Below, one piece after another: positions 1-12,139 of a DNA stretch of 64,000 bases. The stretch covers positions 128,218,001 to 128,282,000 of the forward strand of contig CM059432.1 in assembly GCA_030390025.1 (NCBI GenBank). The letters run 5' to 3'. Position 1 is the first letter of the stretch. Every line of letters starts with the position of its first letter. The DNA is from Squalus acanthias (Eukaryota). A model generated the notes under the pieces. That model worked only from the letters and a program-made list of their open reading frames with translations, searched no databases and had not been told where the DNA came from. The translations under genes were made by a program, and so were the position numbers.

Positions 1-665
1 GCGGCCCAGGAAGGAAAGTTGAGTGGTCAGCAGTTTAATGGGAATAGGTTCAAGAGAGCAGGAGGTGGGTCTCATGGACAAGGCAAGCTTGGAGAGGGCA
101 CGAGGAGGAATAGGAGAGAAACTAGAGAAAAATGTGGATTCGGGGCTAGAGTGGGGGAACCTTGGGGAAAGTTTGGCCTGGTGGGCAAGGGGAAGGAGCA
201 GCTGAACAGATGGTCTCAATCTTAGTAGCAGAGAAGTTCATGAGCTGCTTGCACATTTTTGGAGGCAAGGGTGGATGGGTCAGGGGAGGGGGTTTATTGA
301 GATGGTTGGTAGTGGAGAAAATAAGTTAGGGGTTATCTTTGAATTCCAAGATGATCCTGGAATAGTAAGCAGTTTTGGCAAAGAAGAGCAGAGCCCAGCA
401 GTGCTTGTGGTCCAGCCAGATCTGGCGATGAATGGCTAAACCAGTTGTGCGCCAGATACATTAATGTCTGTGCCCCTTGGGCTTGAAGGAGCGAAGACGG
501 AGGCTGTACTGGGGGAACAATCAGGGTAAGAGGGAGTAAGGGTTTTACTGGGGACGGCGACATTGAAGGCAGAGTTGAGGGAGTGATTGAGCAGATTGAC
601 AGCTGCAGAAGTATCGTGGTCAATGGAGGTCCAGTTGCACCCTGCCACAAGTGGGGAGGTGGAAG
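1..665 (-). mobile_element. L2-clade LINE ORF2 fragment (degenerate), runs off window start
   Basis: Minus strand near 60..1 reads CSLEPIPIKLLTTQLSFLGR, resembling the 'CxLDPIPTxLL' motif upstream of the RT domain in L2 elements; frames are broken. Confidence 0.6.
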
Positions 666-1322
666 CGCAAAGTGTAATTACTGTATGACAAGCTTATATA
701 GTCAGTATCCATCAGAATTTATAATGGAGAAAAACATTGCCAAGAAGTGCAAGCAGATGTAAGATTTTTAATATAGATAAATTTTTCCAATAGATAGGTG
801 AGAAATATTTTAAATAGAAAGTACTGGATTTCCTTACCCTTTTTAAATAGAATTCCATACCCAAATTAAGATAAGTACAACATTGAGAATCCAGAGCTGT
901 ATTTGTACTTTTAATTAAGAAGGTGTGCTTGTCTTGTACAATTCCATTCTAAATGCAGGGATAGAATAACACACAACTTCAAGCTCCAACCAGTTTGTAT
1001 TGGCATATAGAATACTATAATCTTAATCTAGTTACTGACACTAATTTGTATAATCTCATGAACTAGTAAAATATTTTTTGTTAGTGCAAGTTTTTCATTT
1101 TTAGCATGCAACCATTATTCATTTTGGGGACATTATTAGCAGCCTTGTGCCACAATATGATGTCTTTCTTTTTGGTGAACATTGTGGCAATGTTAGAAAT
1201 ATCAACTCAATTTTTTATATTAATTTAAAAATATAAGATTTTACAATGAGTTATGTATGCAGTGTTTGACCTTGTCTTCCTGTGACAAAAAACTGCTTTG
1301 TGATATTAGCAAAATGGTTAAT

Positions 1323-2257
1323 GGCCCGGATTTTGCGGTCAGTGACAAAGGAACGGCAATCGCCGTTCATTACGCTTACAGCTTTACAGCTGCCCACAAA
1401 CTTTTTGTGGGCTTTTGAGCGGCACCTTACGGTTATTAGAGATCCTTTTCAGCACAGTGCCCACTACAGGGGATCTGTGGAGTGTGTGAGCAGGACAAGC
1501 AACAGTTGTCACTTCAACCAATCAGATTGAAGAATTCTCACTGAGACACGCAGAGTCTAAACCAGGAAGTATAAATTGGGATATTTAATTCAATGTAAAA
1601 TCATGCACAGAAAGCGAAAGAAAGATGGGATTAAGAGAGAGAGAGATAAGAGACAAAGAAAACTCGCCAAGGCTTCTTCAGCAGCACCTCCCAAACCCGC
1701 GACCTCTACCACCTAGAAGGACAAGGGCAGCAGGCGCATGGGAACACCATCACCTGCAAGTTCCCCTCCAAGTCGCACACCATCCTGACTTGGAAATATA
1801 TCGCCGTCCCTTATTCGTCACTGGGTCAAAATCCTGGAACTCCCTCCCTAACAGCACTATGGGAGTACCTTCACCACACGGACTGCAGCGGTTCAAGAAG
1901 GCGGCTCACCACCACCTTCTCAAGGGTAATTCATTTACACCTGAATGCACAAGCCCTAACTTTTTAGAACTTAAGTAGTAGGAGCAGGGGTAGGCCATTC
2001 AACCCTTCGAGCCCGCTGATGTGTTTCGTGGGTAAGTAACGCAACTTCAAGCCCTTCATGTATTTTAATGCCGAGTCTCTCAACGAGGTACCGGTGTAGT
2101 GAACCTTATGGAGGAGCAGGGCAAATCGGACAGCAACTTATAGATTTCTGCATTTAACTGCGCATGTGTGGACCTCGGAAGCTGCTGTCCGATTTACTCC
2201 ATAATAATGGTGAGCACTGAATAATCTCACCATTATTATTACCACAAAATCCGGACC
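1323..2257. mobile_element. Non-autonomous DNA transposon (MITE-like), family A
   Basis: Terminal inverted repeats GGCCCGGATTTTGCGGT (1323) and ACCACAAAATCCGGACC (ends 2257). Both ends match, in reverse orientation, the copy at 23013-23758. No clean TSD seen. Confidence 0.65.
1660..1928 (+). mobile_element. 3' fragment of LINE family B nested in the MITE
   Basis: Near-identical to 44940-45180 (CACCTCCCAAACCC..CCTCTACCACCTAGAAGGACAAGGGCAGCAGG..GACTGCAGCGGTTCAAG). Confidence 0.8.
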
Positions 2258-2684
2258 ATTGATTTGCCAGCTAATTAGTTTCCACTTCAAAAATGGCTTC
2301 AATTATAAAATTTTAAAAAGGTGAAATAATGCTGGAAACTAGATGATTAGGGAACATACTGTGATTTAAATACAAGTTGCTTGTAGTTCAGAATTTTTAA
2401 ATTAATAATGATTAATGCACATGGTGTTCATTTTTACATTGTGTACACTATATTCCAATTTTTTTAACTGCAATTCATTGGATTATAAATTACGCATAAA
2501 CTTTGAAGGAGCTGCAAAGTTAGAGTTAATGATCAATTACCTGCATTCTGGGTAATGTTTATTGGTGCTTCACTTTGGCTATCAGAATGTGCTTGCATCC
2601 ATTTTTGGTGGTTTGTCATTCTAGGCTTCTATATTTCCCATCTGCATTAATGCTGAACCAAACTAAAATATAATTGTCTCTTAG

Positions 2685-2754
2685 GCACAGATTCTGGTCC
2701 CCCACAGCCAAACCGAACAGGAAATAAGTTTGAGGGACTGCCTCAACAATCAAG
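2685..2754 (+). CDS. ASAP1: ASAP1 internal coding exon (70 nt; TDSGPPQPNRTGNKFEGLPQQS)
   Basis: ttag|GC...CAAG|gtaaat splice sites. Peptide matches the NKFEGL(S/P)QQS segment of vertebrate ASAP1, and the phase joins correctly to the exon at 4178. Confidence 0.85.
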
Positions 2755-4177
2755 GTAAATATAGACCTTTTTTTGCACATAGTTGACTTTTAAACCAAAT
2801 TATGGATGAACCCTCCTTTCCTAACACAAGGAGCAATATTCTATTTGAAGTTGAAAATCTCCATCAATTGTTATCTAACTGAAAAAGAATACCTTTATTA
2901 CAGCTGTAGGTATATCAAAAAAGGACAGGCTAACTAACATCTGTTGGCGGTCACATTTGTTTTATGATCAATGGAGTTAAAAATTACTGCTTTATATTTT
3001 AAGTTCTGATACTCTTTGAAAGAAGAATTAAGAAGATAATTGATTGGCATAATAGAACAAATGTTTCTAATTGACTGCCAACCATAACATTCATTTGGAA
3101 GTCTTCTTACCGGTTTGACATCAATGATTGATCAGGTCACATTTCGCATTAGTCTAATTCTGGGCTTTCAATTGACTGGAAAAAAAGCCCAGTTTTTCTT
3201 ATTTGCTTCCACTTCAAAAATGGATCATGTGAGCCAGGAGAAAGAAGGAACATCATGTACATAGCTTGGCAAATCTTCATTTAATATAAAATTGACTTGC
3301 CAAAATGGAGATTATCTATTTCCGTGGTTGCGCCAGCATTTTATTGAATGGTGTTTGTGGTAGTTCTATTGATCCTTATGATCGATCATGTGCAGAAATT
3401 AATTGGTTTCTAATACAGTCCGATATAGTTCCAATGTGTTGGATAAGCCTTTTCTCAAAAATTCTAGCCACAGACTGCTCTTTCTTCCTCAGTATGTAGG
3501 ATTGCCAGTTACCTGGACACTTGTGCTTCAAGCTGTCAAAGGAAACATCTAAACAGTGTAAATCACCTCCACAATATGAGAAACTACTCGCATAACATTG
3601 TAAACTGTAGTTCTTCTAGGTATACTGTTTTAATAGCGTTCAACTGGATTCAAATCCACACATTTGAAAATACTCATTGTGAGCAGAAATTTGTTAAGCC
3701 GGATAATTAGCAAGTAACGGCCACGGTCGTGCTCTGATGTCCCTGCTTGAACTTGAAATGTGGCCCACTCTTCCTTGTCTTTCCAAAAAAATTCAAGTGT
3801 GGCCTTTGCACACATGTGGTGCAGAAAAAAAAGGCATGTTTGCAAAATAATCTGTTTGTGTTGCAAGATACAGTTTGATAGATTTCAACACAAATATTTG
3901 AACAGAATTTTTTGAATAATATGTAAAAAGATTAAAAATTACTTTCAAGGATACTTATGGATTGCAACAATCTGTTGACCCATTCATGTATTGTATCAAA
4001 GTGCATAAGAAATATCATTACCAATAATGTGAAGTCCCCATTCGTATTTGAAAAATGTACTGGGGCAACACAGAATGGGAGTTTCAAGAGGTATGCTTTT
4101 ATTTTCCTCTTGGAAGCATGGTTCACACAGAGTTACCAATATTTTAACTTATCATTGCCTTTGGTTTGCTTATACAG

Positions 4178-4242
4178 TACTGGAACTGGAACCACAAAAA
4201 CTGCCTTAGGCCCACGAGTGCTTCCAAAACTACCTCAAAAAG
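4178..4242 (+). CDS. ASAP1: ASAP1 internal coding exon (65 nt; STGTGTTKTALGPRVLPKLPQK)
   Basis: tacag|T...AAAAG|gtaagg. KTALGPRVLPKLPQK is the ASAP1 sequence, and phases are consistent with both flanking exons. Confidence 0.95.
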
Positions 4243-4258
4243 GTAAGGTTTAAAGTAT

Positions 4259-4482
4259 AAACACAAAATGCTGGGAATACTCAGCAGGTCAGGCAGCATG
4301 TGTGGAGAGAGAAACAAAGTTAACATTTCAGGCCATTGACTTCGGTTCTAACGAAAAGTCATCGACCTGAAAGATTAACTTTGTTTCTCTCTCCACAAAT
4401 GCTGCCTGATCTGCTGAGTATTTCCAGCATTTTCTGTTTTTATTTCAGATTTCCAGCATCCGCAGTATTTTGCTTTTGTATT
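4259..4482. mobile_element. Palindromic short repeat with hammerhead-like centre (probably Penelope pLTR-derived)
   Basis: Arms ~4265-4333 and ~4366-4433 are reverse complements. The centre reads CTAACGA-AAAGTC-ATC-GACCT-GAAA. Related copies lie at 38050-38232 and 42848-43060. Confidence 0.7.
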
Positions 4483-5796
4483 AAGGTTAAAAGTGTGTTA
4501 GTTGAATTTAGCATCCAAATGTTTAATCCTATAAATTAGCACTATATTGTAACATTTTTCATAATTGGCTCTTACATTGGAGCTTTTTTTTACTAATGTG
4601 CATTATTTGGTATTCTTTCTGTCTGAGATAGCTATGAAATGCTTATGGAATCTAGTTAACTAAAAGTTTTGCATCTGGTGTGTGTTCAATGAGTGTAAAG
4701 CTTGCCAAATGGCTCAAATTTCACATTCATGAAAGCACATAAATACTCACAAAGATATCACTCTCTCAAAATAATTCCCATTCAAACAAAAACGAACCAA
4801 TCACCTCCCTGCAAAATTCTAAATCCTTTGAATACCAGACTGGTTCCCCACCCACCCATATTATGGCTCTGAAAATAAAATTTCTAACATGAAAACACAT
4901 ACTAACATTTACTTTAAAAAAAAACCAAATCCATAGACTTACATATACCATCTTCTAAAATTTCCAACAAATGTTGCTTGCATAAGCCTCCTCTAGGGGG
5001 CCTTGGCATTGCTTTCTGGTTGGTTCCTTGGGCCAGATATCTATAAAGTGTCCAGGACTACAATTCCTAGGGACTACCTTGTGGCTCACCAAACACTACA
5101 GCACATGCACAGGATCTTAGCAGATCCCCATGCTGCCTAGAGCCCTATGTCTTAGCCTCACTAATTCCTTCCAGCCCCATTGCAACCAAAATGCTGCAGA
5201 TACTCACAAGTGCAGTCAGCTGTCCTCTGCACCACCTAGCCCAGCCTCTCTTTCCTCCCCTGGGGTCTGTCATACTTTGCCCTGTCCCCTCTAATATCTG
5301 GCAGATCCCAGACCCCTGCACTCCAAGTGATGGCATCTCCGTCTCCCTCACTATTGTTGCCCAATTCTCTGCTAGGTCACAAAATTGAGCATCTCTTAGC
5401 AGAGCATCCCATCTCAATAACAGTGAAAATCTGTAGGAGAATGAAGTTTGCCTTCTGTCAGGTGATATGGAGTGACATTACTGGTAGCTTTAGAAAGGTC
5501 CATGTCTATCAGTTGAAGGAGAACTAGAAAAACTGAGGGAAAGGGAGAAATGGTATATATATGTTAAAATACAAGTTTTATATTTTGATTAGAACTGATT
5601 TACATTTCAAAGTAATACTTTAATATTGTTTGTCTCTTATTAAATTTCATATGTTTGTGGAATGATTTCCATAAGCTCTATATTTGATGCTCTTTGCTAA
5701 AGGGTGGAGGATTTTTTAAAGTGATGCTTAGTTTTATAACTACAGTGAACACCTTAACAAAAGAACACTAATCTTTGTACCTATCTTTACTGCTAG

Positions 5797-6536
5797 TGTC
5801 CCTGAGAAAGATCGATAGTATCCATCATAGTTCAGTGGATAAATCCAGTCCAGAGACCTTTCAGAAGTTGCTGCATCCTGGAGACGTGCCCCAGAAGCCG
5901 CATCCAGGAGACTTGCCCCAGAAGCCGCATCCAGGAGACGTGCCCCAGAAGCCGCATCCAGGAGACGTGCCCCAGAAGCCGCATCCTGGAGACTTGCCCC
6001 AGAAGCCGCATCCTGGAGACTTGCCCCAGAAGCCGCATCCAGGAGACTTGCCCCAGAAACCACATCCAGGAGACTTGCCCCAGAAACCGCACCCGGGAGA
6101 CTTGCCCCAGAAGCCGCATCCTGGAGACGTGCCCCAGAAACCACATCCGGGAGACTTGCCCCAGAAGCCGCATCCGGGAGACTTGCCCCAGAGGCCGCAT
6201 CCGGGAGACTTGCCCCAGAGGCCGCATCCGGGAGACTTGCCCCAGAGACCGCATCCAGGAGACTTGCCCCAGAGACCGCATCCTGGAGACTTGCCCCAGA
6301 AACCCAAAGATCTCCCACCGAAGCCACAGCCAGGAGAAATGCCTCAAAAACCCCAGGTAGGAGAAGTCATCCAAAAGCCCCAGCCTGGGGAGGTCTCTCA
6401 AAAGCCACAGGCTCAAGAGATTCCTCCAAAACCACAGACAGGAGACACACCACAGAGACAACCATCCGAGGATGCAAATGGTACATCTCCCAGTCTACCT
6501 GAGACCCCTGTGCCCCTACCTAGGAAGATAAATACA
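5797..6536 (+). CDS. ASAP1: ASAP1 proline-rich-repeat exon (740 nt; VSLRKID...PETPVPLPRKINT)
   Basis: gctag|TG...AATACA|gtgagt, open frame. The terminal LPETPVPLPRKINT is diagnostic for ASAP1. Confidence 0.96.
5874..6305 (+). repeat. Coding minisatellite, 16 x 27 nt, encoding HPGD(L/V)PQ(K/R)P
   Basis: Unit approx. CATCCNGGAGAC(T/G)TGCCCCAGA(A/G)(A/G)CC(G/A); 16 copies counted, followed by degenerate 9-aa units to ~6460. Confidence 0.97.
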
Positions 6537-7009
6537 GTGAGTGTATATTTTTTTCATGTTTAATTTAATTTGTAGTCATGCATTTAGGGAGTGAAACAGG
6601 TAAAAGTAACTAAATGGGGCAAGCAAACGTTAATTATTTATGGCTTATTATTATGAAGAAAATATGTAGTTCTTCCTTATACAAGAACTTCACAGCATGC
6701 AGCCTTCTTAATCAGAGACTTTGCTCCACTCTGCTGTATATAAAGCCTCACTTTTTCTCCTGTCACAGAGAAAAAAAAATTAAGCTTCTATAGCTTGACA
6801 AAATGTTGAAAATGTTCAAGTCCACTAAATGTTTGGGTAATTTAGTTTCACTAAGCCTTTGCCGGTTTTGATTTACCAGTTCCTGTGTCTCAGTATCAGC
6901 CCACCAAAAACTATTTTGATCAGTTCCAGTTGAAGACAAGTTGGTCTGTGTCAATTCTCAGTGTTATAATCGATAACCAATGTGAGTCCTTCTCAATGAT
7001 AGACATACA

Positions 7010-10000
7010 AAATACATATCCCATTTCTAAATGTCAAAACTGGTCCAGACACACAGGTCCTGCAGGTAGACTTTAGGGAGCTAGGAAAGAGATTAAAAAG
7101 CAGGACCTCAAAGGTAGTAATCTCCGGATTACTCCCAATGCCACACGCGAGTGAGTATAGAATTAGGAGGATAGAGCAGATGAATGCGTGGCTGGAGAGA
7201 TGGTGCAGGAGGGAGGGCTTCAGATTCCTGGAGCATTGGGACCGGTTCTGGGGGAGGTAGGACCTGTACAGGCCGGACGGGTTGCACCTCAACAGGGCCG
7301 GAACCAATATTCTCGCGCGGGGGTTTGCTAGTGCTGTTGGGGAGGGTTTAAGCTAATTTGGCAGGGGGATGGGCACCAGGATGTAACATTAGAAAGGGGA
7401 AATAAAGTGCTCAAAGGATTGAGAGGCAGCGAGCACTAAAGTAAGAAATGGTAAGGTACTCAGTGGGGTCAAACTATCAGAGAATATAGGATGGTCTAAG
7501 ATGGGTTTACAGTGTATGTATGTGAACGCACGAAGCGTAGTAAAACAAGGTAAGTGAACTGCAGGCACAAATAGACACATGGGAATATGATGTTGTGGCA
7601 ATAACTGAGACCTGGCTCAAAAAAGGGCAGGATTGAGTATTAAATATTCCTGGTTGTAAGATGTTCAGGAAAGATAGGGAAGGACAGATAGGAGGTGGTG
7701 TGGCAGTATTGGTTAAGGAGAATGTTACAGTGCTGGAGAGGGAGGATGTCCTGGAGGGGTCAAGGACAGAATCTATATGGTTAGAGTTAATAAATAATAG
7801 AGGTGCCATTACACTACTAGGTGTACACTATAGACCACCAAATAGTGGGAAAGATATGGAGGAGCAAATTTGCAGAGACATTACAGAGAGGTGCAAGAAC
7901 TATAGAGTAGTAATAATGGGGGACTTCAACTATCCTAATATAGACTGGGATCGTAATAGTGTAAAGGGCAGAGAAGGGGAAGAATGTCTGAAGTGTGTTC
8001 AGGAGAACTTTCTTGATCAGTATGTTGCCAGCCGGGTGAGGGAGAAGGCATTGCTGGATCTCGTTCTGGGGAATGAGGTAGGTCAAGTGGAGCAAGTGTC
8101 AGTAGGTGAACATTTAGGGAACAGTGATCATAGTATCATAAGGTTTAGATTAGCTATGGAAAAGGACAGGGAGCAAGCTAGAGTAAAAATGTTTAACTGG
8201 GGGAAGGCCAATTTCAGTGGGATGAGAACGGATCTGTCCCGGGTAAACTGGAATCAAAGATTGGCAGGCAAATCTGTAATGGAACAATGGGCTGCCTTCA
8301 AAGATGAAATAGTTGAGGTACATTCCCACTCTGGGGAAAGGCAGGGCAACTGAAGTCAAGGCTCCCTGGAATGATGAAACAGATAGAGAATATGAAGAAG
8401 CAGAAAAAGAGCATGTATGACAGATGTCCGGTTGCAAATACATCTGAGAATGAGGCTATATATAGAAAGGTCAGAGGGCAAGTGAAAAAGAAAATAAGAG
8501 GGGCAAAGAGAGGGTATGAGAATACAATGGCAGCCGACATAAAAGGTAATCCAAAAGTCGTCTTTAGGCATATAAATAGTAAAAGGGTAGTAAGAGGGGT
8601 GGGGCCGATTAGGGACCAAAAAGGAGACCTATGCATGGAGGCAGAGGGTATGGCTGAGGTACTAAATGAGTACTTTGCATCTGTCTTCACCAAGGAAGAG
8701 GATGCTGCCATAGACATAGTGAAGGAGGAGGTAGTGGAGACACTTGATAAGATAAAAATTGATAGAGGTATTAGAAAGGCTGGCTGTACTTAAAGTAGAT
8801 AAATCACCAGGAGCGGATGGGATGATTCCTAGGATGCTGAGGGAATTGAGGACAGTAATCGCGGAGATACTGGCCAGAATATTCCAATCCTCCATAGATA
8901 CGGGGGTGGTGCCAGAGGACTGGAGAATTGCAAATGTTACACTATTGTTCAAAAAAGGGTGTAAAGATAAACCCAGCAACTACAGGCCAGTCTATTTAAC
9001 CTCAGTAGTGGTGAAGCTTTTAGAAACAGTAAACAGGGACAAAATTAATCACTTGATCAGGTGTGGATTAATTAAGGAAAGCCAGCACAAATTTGTTAAA
9101 GGCAAATCGTGTTTAACCAACTTGATCGAGTTTTTTGATGAGGTAACAGAGAGGATTGATGAGGGGAATGCAGTTGACGTAGTGTACATGGATTTCCAGA
9201 ATGCGTTCGACAAAGTGCCACATAATAGGCTTGCCAGCAAAGTAGAAAGCCCATGGAATAAAAGGGACAGTGGCAGCATAGATATAAAATTGGCTAAGTG
9301 ACAGAAAATAGAGAGTAGTGGTGAACGGTCATTTTTCGGACTGGAGGAAGGTATACAGTGGTGTTCCCCAGGGGTTGGTTCTAGGACCACTGCTTTTCTT
9401 GATATATATTAATGACTTGGATGTGGGTGTACAGGGCACAATTTTAAAATTTGCAGCTGACACAAAACTTGGAAGTATAGTGAACAGTGAGGAGGATAGT
9501 GATAGACTTCAAGAAGACATAGACGGGCTGGTGGAATGAGCGGACATGTGGCAAATGAAATTTAACGCAGAAAAGTGTGAAGTGATACATTTTGGTAGAA
9601 AGAATGAGGAGAGGACATATAAACTAAATGGTACAATCCTAAAGGAGGTGCACGAAAGGAGAGACCTTGGGAGTACGTGTGCACAAATCGTTGAAGGTGG
9701 TAGGGCAGGTTGAGAGGTATAGAGTACAAAAGTGTGGAAATTATGACGAACCTGTATTGAACACTGATTCGGCCCCAACTGGAGTACTGTGTCCAATTCT
9801 GGCCACCGCACTTTAGGAAGGATGTGAAGGCCTTAGAGAATATGCAGAAAAGATTTACAAGAATGATTCCAGGAATAAGGGACTTCAATTACGTTGATAG
9901 ACTGGAAAAGCTGGAGTGGTTCTCCTTGGAGCAGAGAAGATTGAGAGGAGATTTGATAGACGTGTTCAAAATCATGAGGGGTCTGGCCAGAGTAGATAGA

Positions 10001-10310
10001 GAGAAACTGTTCCCATTGGCAGAAGGGTCGAGAACCAGAGGACACAGATTTAAAGTGATTGGCAAAAGAACCAAAGGCGACGTAAGAAATAACTTTTTTA
10101 CGCAGCGGGTGGTTATGATCTGGAATGCACTTCCTGAAAGGATGGTGAAGGCAGACTCAATCTTATCTTTCACAAGGTAAATTGGATAAGTACCTGAGGA
10201 AAAAAAATTGCAGGGCTACGGGGAAAGGGCAGGGGAGTGGGACTCGCTGAGAGTCAGTACAAGCTCGACGGGCCGAATGGCCACCTTTCATGCTGTAACC
10301 ATTCTGTGAT
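7010..10310 (+). mobile_element. CR1-clade LINE, 5'-truncated: end of ORF1 (SGNH esterase-like) plus ORF2 EN-RT, disrupted
   Basis: ORF1 motif DLYRPDGLHLNRAGT; EN motifs YRPPN, MGDFNYP and SDH; RT motifs KSPGADG, NYRPV, YMDFQNAFDKVPH, GVPQG and KFAADT; CR1 tail (RRLRGDLI, RTRGH, FFTQRVV). Multiple frameshifts and stops. Confidence 0.95.
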
Positions 10311-10498
10311 CAATTTATTCACTGGATTCAATTTATTCCTGGCTGTCCTTCAGACTCAGCAACTAGTCTGGTGCCAGAAGTTTGACCAAAGTATCTAATT
10401 CCCTACCTGGTGCTCAGGCAATTTTATTGCCCTCATTGGCTTAATGTTTGGCACTATCTAAAACATTGTTTGGACTCGCCTCCAACTCTGATCTAAAG

Positions 10499-10924
10499 AA
10501 AGAAAAGAAAGACTTGCATTTCACGACCACCGTCATCCCAAAGCGCTTTACAGCCAATAAAGCACTTTTTGAAGTGTAGTCACTGTTGTAATTGTAGGAA
10601 ACGCGGCAGCCAATTTGCGCAGCAAGTGATAATGACCAGAAAATCTGTTTGTGATGTTGATTGAGGGATAAATATTGGCCAGGACACCGGGGATAACTCT
10701 CCTGCTCTTTTTCGAAATAGTGCCATGGGATCTTTTACGTCCACCTGAGAGAACAGATGGCGCCTCGGTTTAACAGCTCATCCGAAAGACGGCACCTCCG
10801 ACAGTGGAGCACTCCCTCAGTACTGCTCTGGAGTGTCAGCCTAGATTTTTGTGCTCAAGTCTCGAGTGGGACTTGAACCCACAACCTTCTGACTCAGAGG
10901 CGAGGGTACTACCAACTAAGCCAC
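10499..10924 (-). mobile_element. tRNA-headed SINE with L2-type 3' tail (SacSINE1/Deu-SINE-like)
   Basis: Minus strand starts GTGGCTTAGTTGG (A box)...GGTTCAAGTCC (B box) and ends ...AAATGCAAGTCTTTCTTTTCTT. Second copy at 55399-55829. The family name is from recall. Confidence 0.8.
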
Positions 10925-12139
10925 TGGCTAACTAAGGTCTCGGTCAATAATATTGAGACCTAGCAGAAGAAAGCCCTCAGATCACCATTCACACCTTCTT
11001 TACAACAGGAAATCATTTTCACACTCTTGAGAATATCCTCAGCTATTGAAAGTTTACCTCAGTACATGACTGGTTTTGTGACAATGGTTGCTGTAGCACT
11101 TCTTTAATTATATATTGACCTTCAAGGCAACAGTCCCAGCTCTGGCATTGGTTTTGCCACAAGCAGAAGCCACAGCAGTTTTAGCATCACTCCAAGGCAT
11201 TTGAGATTTTTGTATCATCCAAGTCTTCTGCGACCAGTGGTATTTTGCTGATCTCCAGGTTTATTCCCCAAACTTATCAGAAAGAAGAGGAGGAATAAAT
11301 GGAGGGGAGGGATTTGCCCTTCAAGGGCTTCCTCCGGCAAAGAGCTCGGGCTCCACAAATCCTTTTCTGCTAACTCAGAGTTCCTTGGTTGCTGACCAAG
11401 TATATTTTTCTTTCAATACTGCACTTGAATGTTGGGAATACGCGGTCTTGCAGATTTTCATTTGATTCCATGTGAAATGTTAAAACAAACATTTTGGGAC
11501 ATCTATCATGCCAACAATGACTTTGAAACCAAGTAAAGTTTATAGGGTTTCTTTAGTAATGGAGGGTGACGTCGTTTACTCAACCGATTCACCTGTGCTG
11601 TTTGAAGCACTAATGCGTATGGGACATTTCCCCTTCAGACTTCAGTTCCTGTTCCCAGAAGAAACATTCATCATCAACAGAAGAAAATATAGTTTACTAT
11701 TCACAGAGCAACCTATAGGTGAGGATGGCTTCTTACAATGGGTGACATTTTTACATAAGCAAACTTCCCAGATAGGAGGCTAATACAACCCTTGGGGTCG
11801 AAGCACTCCCCTTCTTGGGCCAGACTGTTCAGTCCAGCAAGCATTCCAAGATATCCAGAGGGACCCAGGAAGAAGAAGCCTCCTTTTCCCTGTCTCTTCT
11901 GTTATCTAACTGTGTTCCAAGTCACTGCCACGCCCGTATTGGTGAAACTCTTAATGGGTTGATAACAATCTTTGGTGTTGTACCTGCCAGAACACATTGA
12001 AACAGCCATTTTGAAAGCCTGCCGTGAAACAGCCTGCATTTTGTCAAGACCGTGTTCATTACCCATTGGGGTGCAATGTGACAGCTACTCTATTTATTTT
12101 CTCCTCTCCCCTCTGCTCCTGAAAACACTGACTGTTTGC

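Noticed and set aside
5740..6461. Three antisense repeat ORFs (GASLPDAAS, GCGFWGKSP, LGQVSRMR)
   Set aside because: Shadows of the ASAP1 27-nt coding repeat; only the + frame has splice sites and homology.
10865..10924. tRNA gene
   Set aside because: The A/B boxes belong to a SINE head that continues into SINE body and tail; no convincing full cloverleaf.
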